From assembly GCA_001687465.1 (NCBI GenBank), contig LVLI01000229.1, positions 62,001 through 126,000 of the forward strand: 64,000 bases of DNA. Reading direction: 5' to 3'. This document shows positions 24,341-35,200 of the stretch, piece by piece (positions within the stretch are counted from its first letter, which is position 1; each line of letters starts with the position of its first letter). The stretch comes from Halocafeteria seosinensis (lineage: Eukaryota). The notes under the pieces are model-generated. The model worked only from the letters and a program-made list of their open reading frames with translations. It was not told the DNA's origin and made no database searches. A program made the position numbers and the translations under genes.

Positions 24341-24930
24341 GAACCATGAGGCATGACGAGGCGCCCCTAACTTGGCCACCCAAGCTGAACGATTAGCTTC
24401 CTTGCTACATACAGCACAAAATAAAGAACGATACGAATCAACGCTTTTTACTTAAAGAGCACTGTGCATTTACCCTTGTTGTTGTACCGACATTTATGGT
24501 GTTGTGCTCAAGTGCAGAAGATATTCTGCGCGCGGCGCTAAACTTAAGGCACATAGCGTATTATCCATCCAGGGATGGAATAGCATCAGGTAAAATAAAA
24601 GGAAAGCAAGTTGTAATCCCCATCTCGATTACTGCCGTCTAGTAGACATTGAACAATATATTATGCAGGTCGCTCTCGTGCGTGAAGTTCGCGGAAGTAT
24701 CCAACACAGTACGGTATGGCTAGTGCATTTGCAATTATACTTTGAAATGTGCGCCAATTCCTTGTATCGCTTTAGCTAGAGCTCGTTCGCAGTGTCCCGC
24801 TGTGGCTGAGGGTGTTGTAGAGAGTCCAATCAACGCCTACCAACACTTTGTGGGCGTGAGAGAGGAGCATGTGTGATTCGATAGTGCATAGACCGAACCC
24901 AGTGTTTCCATCTTGATTCCTGGATGCGTG

Positions 24931-26435
24931 ATGAGGTGCCTATGCGGGAAGCACTTTTGGCACAGAATCTGGGACGAACTGATAGCTTATAGGACGGATC
25001 GGTTCTTGGAAGTGGAGGATTCACGGTTGGGACTACTGCATAAACTATGCCTTATCGGAGCGGCGCTTTATCTGATGTACACAGTTGTGGCTTCCCATTC
25101 CTACATGAAGAAGGAAACACCGAACGTGTCGGTCAACTCCTGGGTGGAAGGAACGCAACAGTATCGAGAACTTCAGGACCGGTTCCAGAAGGATCCGAGC
25201 ACTCTTCCCTGGTATTGTGATTCCTCATCTACCGACTACGTCTACAGTGACAATTTCAAGTATTTGAATAATACATGCGACACGGAAATTTTCATGGGAG
25301 AAGCCACGATTTCAGATAGCAACGCTATTCAGTTTGTCACATACTATCAGGATAGACCAGAGGTCAACCCGGAGCACAATTTGGGGGTAAACGCGTTTGT
25401 ACCAGGTAAGTTGCCCGACTCATGACGAGCTGCACCGTTCGGCGCGAATTTTATTGTGCTGTACAGAAATAGAGCAGCTTTACCTAGTGTTCAGCCACTC
25501 ATTTTCTACATCTATAGGCATAAAAGGCACCAACGTTGAGACTACATTCCGATCTGTCTCGGGGCAGATGGAGAAACACTTTCCAGCGGGCAAACCTGTA
25601 AAGATTCAGATTTCTGAGCTGCTTCAGCTAGCTAGTGTCAATTTGAACGATAGAAATAAAAATAGCGGAGGACTCCCTCCAGAAGGAGATATGAAATGGC
25701 CTTTATATCGAATGACAGGTACGTGCGTAACAGTTGGTGATCAGACTCAAAAGTATTAGACTTACTCGTGTTTCTTTTCAGGTGTGGCACTTCCCTTGGT
25801 AGGTAGTATCTTTGGCCAAGGTGTACGGTCCGGTATTCTCCCTTCTCACGCTGGTGAAATTGCAGGAACTAACTTATGAAAACTTCCGCACTTCCAATCC
25901 CTTTGACTTTTCTGTGAGATTGAAGGTTGAGGTTGCTTCACCGAAGAATGCATGGATGGGAAGCTCGCAAGAGACTTTTGCAAAGTGGCAGGGCGATACA
26001 TTTTCCTCCTATGAACGATTCTCCGAAGTTGTATCGGTCAGTTTTGACACTGCTGGTACTGTCGGCGCTGCTCGGGCATTTGAAGCAATTATTAGCCTGG
26101 CAGTTAGTGCTGCGGTATTCGGCGTCGTTAAAGTAAGAGAGATACGCTGCTTTGTTTCGGTGCTAATCCATGTAGTCACTTGATTATTGTAACAGGCTGT
26201 AATGGATGTTATCGGTACTGCTGTTGTAAAGGAATTCTTCGCGATGAAAGTCGTTGACCAGCAAGACCGGCACAATTTACACCTCGCCGCAGAAAGAGGC
26301 CGGATATACGCAAGGAAAGCGGAGGGTCCACAAAAGAGAAGGGAGAAACGGATGACGGAGTTCACAACAATCAATCCGATTACAGAGGATATCAGTGGGC
26401 CAAGTCCAATGGTCGAGCAGAAAGCCCTATGCTAA
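24931..26435 (+). CDS. P2X: P2X receptor-like trimeric ion channel, paralogue B (5 exons)
   Basis: ATG at 24931. Introns 25406-25466, 25719-25781, 25799-25865 and 26133-26195 match paralogue A in position and phase. Motifs: YRTDR, DSRLGLLHK, YENFR, AGTVG, VMD and FFAMK. Confidence 0.82.
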
Positions 26436-27519
26436 CATAACTCAACTGTCAGTTGTATCCAAGAGTTAGTCGAGGAGCCCAATCAAAAGGTGGGGTTTAT
26501 TCCTTATTCATTAAAATTGTTTTCACATGGAAGCCAGATCGCCGGCTCTATGGCATGCTCTGGACTCGTAAGAGTCTTAATTTGGTTAGGTAATAACTGT
26601 TACAGAGTAGCGTGCAGTTCAGTTTGTACAAGCATTGTGACACGAGTACAAACCAGTAACTCGTGAGTACGTTTTTTCTTCGGTGGGTTGCTTCGCAATC
26701 AATTGACAAAAAAGTATTTGGCTTAAGCTTTATTCTTGTTACCCCTACTTGGTGGCAATAACTTAACGTACGTAAGACTCGGGAGTTTTTCGTTTTCGGT
26801 TCAGTTCTTGTCGTCGAGTTGAAGTTGAAGTTTATAGCTCGACGAAAAGATTGATGTCTAATTGACGATAGCAGAAAAGATTGTTCGCTTATTCCGAACC
26901 TGGAAAAACTTCCACCGAATGATTAGTGGACCATTATTAGACGCGCATTGTCGACCGTAGAAAGCATCCCGAGGATGCACCTTGAACCAGGCGCGCACGT
27001 AACGCCTGTGGGAACGCTCATGGAAGAGCTATCCGAGTAAGTTTCCGGAGCGTTGGTTTCGTCGTCGTCTGGCATCTTCCATGGAAAATACAAAGCACAA
27101 GGACACACAGGGTATAGTGCATACGATAGAAAAGGTGCGTGCATGTGACCGAGTATCAAAACTGCGTCCGTTTTCCGTCGGAGAAGCCCTCTTTTGGCCC
27201 AACATAGTGATTGTGAGAACGTGCAAGAGGGGCGGAGGGACTGTCAGGGGGTGAGAGGAGACATGACCAAAGACATCAGTTATTCTCGGCAGTGTGCCTG
27301 TTCGATTAGGTCGGTATTACGGCCTCCATTCCCCAGTATTTCATTGCATGGCACCCAATTTCATGTGTATGAGATGCATTAAGCTCCTGATATCGAAATG
27401 ATGGTTCTGGATCTTGGGGAGTGACGTGTCAACGAGTCATTGTCAGGCTGAAATTGAGTCATTCTGCTGTACTTTCACCGAATGTTTTGATATGTTATGC
27501 AGTCTTCCAAGAGGCGAAA

Positions 27520-29724
27520 ATGGGAATGATTGACGAGACGGAGCTCGGGTGGTCCTACGAAGGACTCTTGCCGCGACAAAATCCCTATGTGGGATTTCTG
27601 CACCATGCACCATCTAGCGGGTCACGAATGCGATATTATACTCCAAGAGTGGAGCATGAATCACTCAAACGATTCCGGTATGTGAATTTTCACCCCCGTT
27701 CTCAAGTATCTTTTGCGGTGTGGTTCTGACAACTATGGTCGTGATTGCTCAGAAACAACCCGTATTCTGGAACGTTCCACACCGCTCCTGGGCACTATTC
27801 ACAGCTGCATTTTATTGCTCGCAATGACAAACACTGTTGGACCTGGAAAAGCTATGAGACAAGAAGAAAAGAAGCCGATAATATCGTGACCTCCCAGAAC
27901 AAAATTCATAATTCTTCCTCGGAAAACGTCCTGTATTCGTTGGAACCGGAGGTGTGGCTCACAACAGGCAAAAGCGAGGGGCAGCCGAACGAGAGCCCGA
28001 AAACGAGGAGTCACCTAGCTGACATTGTTGAAAACCGAAGGTTTCTTGGGTCTCGCTCCAAACGCGAACGGAGTATGGCATCATTTTCGTCCTCACCACA
28101 ACGAAGACCTCAATCCAGTATGCCGACTAGCATCAGTGCAACAGAGTTGATTACGTTTGGTAGCGGACAGCAAGACAAAAATGACTATTCGGGGGGTTTG
28201 AGTGCGGAGCATGCCCGGCTCATGTCGCTTACCGATGGGGAAAGTGCCGGGGCTGGGACAGATTTCGCTGTTGGTAAGACGTACGAAAGCGAGGACGCTG
28301 CGGAAAACGAAGACATAGGATTTCAATATGAATCTTCAACCGTGGGCCCTCTGTACAATCCTTCGGATGGCAGCAATTCAAGCAGCAGACAGGATCCTGC
28401 CAACCTTTTCCTTGAAGGACGTCCCGAAGAACTTTCAGGCATCACTATAGGCATCGGCCCTCTTGCTGCGTCGTTGTCGTCAGGGAAAGGCTCCGGCACC
28501 TCCCACAGCAAGTGGCCTGTTTTTAACTCGGACTCTGGTGTTCAAAGGGGGCGTTCTGGTGTCACGATACCACTATCCGTTCACGATGACTCACACCTGG
28601 TCACTAGCCGTAGCTGTAGCGACGGATTTGTATCGAGTTTAAACGTGGATGATTCGCGCCGTTCGAACACATCTTCCGTTTTGGATACTCAAAACGCCTC
28701 GAAGTCGCGTCTGAAGCCTGTGAAGTGGATACTTCCTACAGATTTGCTGACATATGGACGATGTGAAAAGTCGTTAGAGGAATCTCCAGTTGCCGACGAC
28801 GGTACAGTTGACGTTACTGCCTTGCAGTATCATTATGATCTAGGTAAGCGATTGGGAAGTGGGACGTTTGCCAATGTTCACCATACACGGCTCAAACATA
28901 ATGGGGCGGAGCGTGTTGTCAAGCTCGTTCAAAAGCGCTTTCTGTTTTCCCCCGAGGAACGGGACAGCGTAAAACGTGAAGTTGAGATACTGAAGAATCT
29001 TTCGCACCCTCATATAGCGCATCTGTACGCCGTTTTCGAAAACCCACAATACGTAATACTGGTTATGGAGAATGTATCCGGGGGAAATTTAAAGCATTAT
29101 ATTGATACTGGAAACAGAGGTAGCCGCCGTTTTCCTGAGCACTGCGTACGCAGATTAGCTGAGCAATTACTTGAATGTCTGGACTACCTACACAACACGA
29201 AACACATAATACATTGCGACATCAAACCAGAGAACGTAGTCCTGGCTCAGACTCTCGCAGCGTCTCATTCAAATGAAGGGGCGGGCTCTTCACAGCCTGC
29301 TGCTCAGAGTCTGTTACCACCAGGAATAGGAATGTACGATGTCGTGAAACTCGTGGACTTTGGCAATTGCCGAAGAAGCAAAGATGCTCGATACTTCAAG
29401 CAGACTGGTGATGTCGCTCGGGTACCTTTTGAGGCTGTTACAGGAACTAGCGGCTATATTGCGCCGGAGATACTAGACAAGAAAAGTTTTGATACCTCGG
29501 TGGATATGTGGAGCCTAGGGGTTATGTTGTATCAATTGCTTGCAGGATTTCAGCCGTTTATGGCACAGGCTGGGCAAAAGGGACAGCCATCGTTTGATTG
29601 CAGTCCTTGGAATGATGGTACTATTTCAGCAGAAGCGCGATCCTTCGTGCAGGGGCTTCTCCAGGTGGATCCTTCCCGGCGCCTTCGTTCCAAGAAAGCG
29701 AGATCGCATGCTTGGTTTTCCTAG
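27520..29724 (+). CDS. CAMK-group-like Ser/Thr protein kinase with a long Ser-rich N-terminus
   Basis: Motifs LGSGTFANV, VVK, HCDIKPEN, DFG, GTSGYIAPE and DMWSLGV. Intron 27678-27752 joins an upstream exon in frame. The true start is uncertain. Confidence 0.9.
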
Positions 29725-29870
29725 AGCTAGTAACATTAGCGGCTTTCGCGTTTCATCTTTAGCGAACTAATATCCTGTACTACCACTGGTCCGCGCTTAT
29801 ATTGGTGCCTGCGTGCCACTACGAATGAATACACTAGATATTCGTATGCAACCTTGGCTGAAGGAATCAC

Positions 29871-31944
29871 CTACCTAGGTTTGACATATGGTAGGCGTTC
29901 GCCGTTTTCATCGAAGTTTGGTCGAAACTTCCTTCTTGGGTGACGGTCCGGATACTGGTCATTCAGTTCTCGGGCAGCCTTATCATACGCTAATGCAGCG
30001 GCAACCTCACTGCAAGAATAATCATGGCACGCCCGTGACACCAAGTTTTGCCTCGACTTTCATATTGTCAAACAACTTACTCATCAAAAGTTCCAAGCCT
30101 TCGGGCAGTGCCATCCACTTGGATAGAGGCAACATATTTCTTACTCCTCTTGCAGAACTTTACTCCACGAAACTCCGAAGTTTTGATCAGCCGCCTCGTA
30201 GATGATGTTGGTTCTTGACAGGTATCGGCAGTGCTATTAGTTGTCGCTGATGACGCACTTGATGTGCTATGAAGGGTTGGGACACTGGCTGTTCCTGATG
30301 TTTGCTCTTCACCACCATCTGAATGGGCGCACTCGGTGGGGGTGCAGGCGTGAGAAGTACTGCTCCTGGTGGAAGTAGAACTGTGCGCCGTAGTAGCCTC
30401 GAATGGGTTGGGGAGTGTAGCTTTACGAGCAGCCGGATCTGGCTCTGTCTCATTTTGCATGTTGTCATCATGCTGTACAGGTTTTAACTCTTTCAGTTTT
30501 TTCATCTTTTGACAGACCGTGAAAAAGTCACCGGAAACAGCCTCTGTCGGGAGAAACACTGGCTTATAATTGAAGCGGGCTGCACCCAGACGGCCAACGT
30601 CCGTCCGATTTTTCCTTTCGTATTGCTGAAATGCAAATAGCGCAGTGTCGTACACATGTCCTGCCACTTGTTCACTGTTGTGTATACCTAAACTTATGCG
30701 CGACAAGTCATCCGGGCTCTTGATATGGGCTTCCCAACCCTGACCTGGAACGGTCCGAACGCCACGTAAAGATTCTGTTAGTTTCCAACAGTCACACGTC
30801 TCATCAGCGGTGTCGTAAGGACCATGGTCACTGCATTTAGAAATTGAAACGGGGGCATACAGCATGGGCTTTTGGCCCGACCTCCACAAAGTACTTGCTT
30901 ACAGTATTGCAGTGTAATCTGCATCAGATACGATAATTCTTTTTCTTGCGTTTGCCATGAAGTTCATCCATGACCCTTGATTGTGGTCTAACGAAACCGT
31001 GGTTCCATCGGCGTTCTGAAAGAGGGTATTTTCAATAACAACATCGTAAGAGTATGGTGTACTGGCGATGTCACTTACTATTGCATGTAAATCAAAACTA
31101 GTTGATCCACCTCTTATTCTGCTCAATTCTTTCCTGAGATCTTCGTAAGTTGCTGAAATACCATATTCATCTCCAAATGTCACCAGATATGGAGGATGAG
31201 TCCTCCCAAAATATATTGTCAAGTATTTCTCCGCATCAATAACAGGGTTGGTGGCCAATCTCTCTTTCAAGACAGCGTTTTCATGCTCACGAAAAAGAAC
31301 AACTGCAATTCAACATTCCCAGCAACGCTGTGCACACTGCGTATTGGATGGCCTTCGGGGTTACACTTACTTTGCTTCAAATCATCAAAACTGAGATCAT
31401 CCGTGTCATCGGCAAGATACCCAGAATCGCCCTTGTTACTCGCCCGCGTTTCAGGGATCGACGTATCACCTGTTCCGGATTGCATGAGCGAGGAGGCCGC
31501 ATTGAGTTTCATCATCAGATCTGCGTGCGGTATGGCTCGTACAGATCCTTTGGCCAATTCTCGCAATAAAGTGGTCACATCGCCTCCGTGACCCAAGGAT
31601 CTCGCGATCAAGCTCAGTCTCTGCAAGCAGTCCGACGCTTCTCGGTTGCCTGCGAGAACCATCCCGGTGGGCAGGGAAAAAAACAAATTAACCACGGGAA
31701 ACAATTTTTTTTATAAAGGTTTTAAGTAATTCTTACTGTCAAATGGGATGCTAATGGAGGCCATTTTGTGTTTCACTTTGTCCGCGCTCCGTTCCTGGTG
31801 CATCGGGTGCGCCATAATTTCGGACCTAGTCTGTGAAGAGCAGCCCCGCTGATTCCAACTGGAAGACTCGGTATAGCTCGAGGAACTGGCATGGGCCGCC
31901 TGGGATCCCGAAGTGGAGGAAGTGCCGGAGGTCGCACGGTTCAT
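29871..31944 (-). CDS. AP2/ERF-domain transcription factor with two AP2 domains (5 exons)
   Basis: Domain 1: LRGVRTVPGQGWEAHI...ISLGIHNSEQVAGHVYDTA. Domain 2 is completed by intron 30010-30080: EFRGVKFCKRSKKYVASIQVDGTARRLGTFDDEVAAALAYDKAAREL...PNF. Further introns at 30831-30902, about 31229-31290 and about 31650-31736. Confidence 0.85.
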
Positions 31945-32233
31945 ATCTCCTCTTTATCTCTCATTCAACGCCATCCACACCCAATCCAATTGTTTAAAAT
32001 GAAAGATAATACATCAATGCAACATATGAATGCGTCGTTTCATCCAAAACAACCCGGTAAACCATGGAAATCGCTCCATCTTTCTCTCACCTCCAGAATA
32101 TCCAAAGAAAAGATTGTCGTGTTAGGACCCCCCCCCCCCGGGTTGGAGAGGAATTCAAGTCCTAAAAGTTTGGAATAAGGAAAAAAAGGAAAAATATGAT
32201 GGGTGGAATAAAGAGGATGGGGCCACACGGATA
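31945..32233. promoter_or_regulatory. Probable bidirectional promoter between the divergent AP2 and TSC2 genes
   Basis: Only 289 bp separate two divergent ATGs. The region is AT-rich with a C12 run near 32128-32139. Positional inference only. Confidence 0.5.
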
Positions 32234-35200
32234 ATGGCATCGCTAAGCTGGAATGGGTCCTCTGCAACTGCCGCTGTCGATGTGGCCATGCATGGAAGAC
32301 AGCTCCCGAAAGATGTGAAAACATTTATTAAATTCCTGGAGCCTCTGCAAGAGGAATCTACTAATTTGTCTTCGAGATCAACGAATGTCAATTTATCATA
32401 CAGCACGGAAAGTGATAACTTTTTTCAGAATTCGAAAGACATTATTGAAAGACTCATAAAACTCAAGAAAAGCCTGTACGACAAGGACTGCGAGTATGAA
32501 ATATTGCTGGTCGTATGGGACCATTTGAGAAGTATATTAAACCGGTTAGACCAGTATAAGAAGCGTCAATCATATGGTGACGCCGGCACATCTGAGGAGC
32601 GTGAGGAGGGCTCTTATGGGGGCAATGAAAGGGATGCCAGTGTCGGTGCCGCAATGCAGAATGCTGTCTTTGAAGTCATGTTTGCGATGGCCGATAATCA
32701 ATTTGATGAATTGTCCGTACTACGAAGGGAGTTTTTGGAGTTAGTCAGAGACCCCTCCTATCCGGTGCACGTACGCATCCTACTCTTGAAGAAAGCCACT
32801 CGAGATGGGTGTCGATTGGATCCCTTCGTCCCTGAAGTGGAAGACGCCCTCCTCAAGCTTAGCAACAAAGGAAGCGAAGCACCATCCGCGTTTACCAATA
32901 TGGCTGCGGTATTGCTCAGAAATGGTTTCCGAAGTTTTCCAACTTCCGTTGTGGAGACTGTCATTGGGCAGGTAAATGAGATTGCCGAAGATGCCGTCAA
33001 GGATGGAGATACCATGGGATGCCGAAGATGCTTGAGTGTCTATGAAGCGGTGGTCCAGGCTGGAATTCTGCCTTGTAATAGCATTGGAAACATTACTGGT
33101 ATAATTTGTCATTCGTGGATTTTAGTCAAGCACGAAGCGCATTCGATTATGCATCTACTAATGCAGACTGAAGTGAAATACCAAACCCTCGTCTCCCTCA
33201 TGAAGTTATTGGAACAGTGGGAATCAATCCCAACGAAGCTCATATGCGGTTGCATTAATCTTGTATCAAAAGCCGTTTGGGAAGACGACGAGTACGGAGA
33301 TGCACCCTTTACCAAAGTTTCGTTGCTGAAACTCTTTTATCAGATGAGATCTAGCGAAGATGGGGAAATTATCCTTCAAATGCTACTAGCTCTGGAGCGA
33401 TTGATTCGCTACTATGGGCCGCAACTCACCATAGAATGGGACTATGTTTTCAAAGTCTTGTCGGCTGTCTTTCACGATTGTAAGACAGGGAAGATGATTA
33501 CAGTGCCAACTCATCCATCGGCGTTCGGCCTCCAGCTTCGATCTGAAGCATCTGGAATCTCGGGAGGGGAAAGTGGCGCCGGAGCAAAAACTCCAGCCAC
33601 GGAACATCAGCGAGTCCAATCCATGCTATCTCGGAAGATTGGTGCCCAAATTTCGGCGCAAGAACGCTCCCACGACCGGATCTTGAAGGTGGGTGCCAAA
33701 GCTCACCACTTGAGCGGTGTATCTAGAGAAACAAGGAAGGAAACCGCTACCACGGTTTCTTCATCCTGGGGTGAATCTATTGGAGGTCTTCCGAGCGAGT
33801 ACATACCAGAGTCAGACGAAGCTATTTCTAGGGAAATGAGTGCCACTAATATATTTGATGCTCTACTGGCAGCTGTGGAACCCATACAAGACGTTTTCCT
33901 GGATTATAAGTTTAGCGGCAGTATAGAAGCCCTGGAAGAAGTATGCGAAATAGCAGATGATTTGGGTTCGTTCTCCTGTAAAATGATTCTTTTGAGACTT
34001 CGGTCCCAGCGTATCCTGAAAGTATCCTCCAGATACCCTAGTTTTGAAGCATGGCTGAAGGACGTTCAAAGGTTTTTGTATGTCTTCTACCTACACGAAG
34101 GCAATCCGTTTGTCCGCAGGCAGTGCCTGCATGTCCTGTGGATTGTTTGGCAGCTCTATCGCAATTTCATAGGACCTGACTACTTCTCATGCAAACCGCC
34201 GACAGACGGAGACTCTCCAGACCCTCGACTCAAGCGTAAGAGCAACCCAGCTCTGAGGGAAACGCTCTCGAGGGAGTTTACGCTCAAAGCTGCTATTCAG
34301 CAGGGTCGCTCCCGAAAAGGCAATGGGAATGCTCCTCAGACTGGCTCCAACATGCTGAGCTCATCGAGTGCCATAAATGGCCCTCCCCTAACAACGCGTC
34401 GAAGAGCAAATACAATGGCCCAAACAGGAGATCAAGAGCGTCCGCGGGTTGCCGACCAAGTGTATCAATCGAATGTTGACGAACTCCTGGCAAACGTGTA
34501 TGCACCACTCTTTGCGCATGCTCCCGTTGATCCTGACTCTACAACGAGAACTCAAGCTATGTCGCTTATGGTGAAAATGATGCCCCAGATCACTACTTCC
34601 GCCCTGGACGAATTGCTTCAGCTGCTTAACGATATAGCATGGATAGATGACCATAAGGATAATGAGGAGCAGTTTCTCAGCTGCTCGCCACTACAACAAT
34701 ACCTGTCGTTTGGGTTCACGGAAGGAGAACTTCCGCGTGGATGTGATGATGTCGTCAGAAACTCAACGGTTCCCGCGTCGTTCCTTTCCGGCATTGGCAT
34801 CGGTAGTTTGCTGCGACATACGTTACCGCACTTACCGTCCAGCGAGCCCAAGTATTTGATTGAGTGCCTCCAGCAGATGCTTAGAGCGCACTCGTCGGCA
34901 ATTTCACGCCTTTTAGCCGTAATGAATTTGTCATCGATTCAGTTCTGGTCGGATTTCCGAATACAGTGGTTTCCGCATCACCATTTCGTCGACGACGACA
35001 CCCTTGAACCCCAAAATCTCTTCGAGGTCACAGATATTGTCCCACAGTTACCTACCCTCTGCGGCAAGTGCGAAGATATCAACTGTCCCAGGCTTTCAGC
35101 TACAAGGAAGGCCTATTTTTTATATTTGCTCATTCCCGGACGAGAAACTGCTTTCGATTCCAACAACTCGGCATTTTCGGCCATCGAGGGTGACCAACTT

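Noticed and set aside
24076..24383. CVCVCV ORFs, and the adjacent ADTATE...GERNPY stretch as a relic third P2X tail
   Set aside because: The ORFs are translations of the (CA)30 microsatellite. The resemblance to the P2X-A tail is a few residues in different frames.
9743..26435. Adenosine kinase near two P2X genes as a purinergic gene cluster
   Set aside because: An unrelated TPR gene lies between them, ADK is housekeeping, and no shared regulatory signal is visible.
26806..26850. Hairpin TCGTCGAG...CTCGACGA upstream of the kinase
   Set aside because: A single 8-bp core stem can arise by chance in 64 kb, and it has no ncRNA hallmarks.
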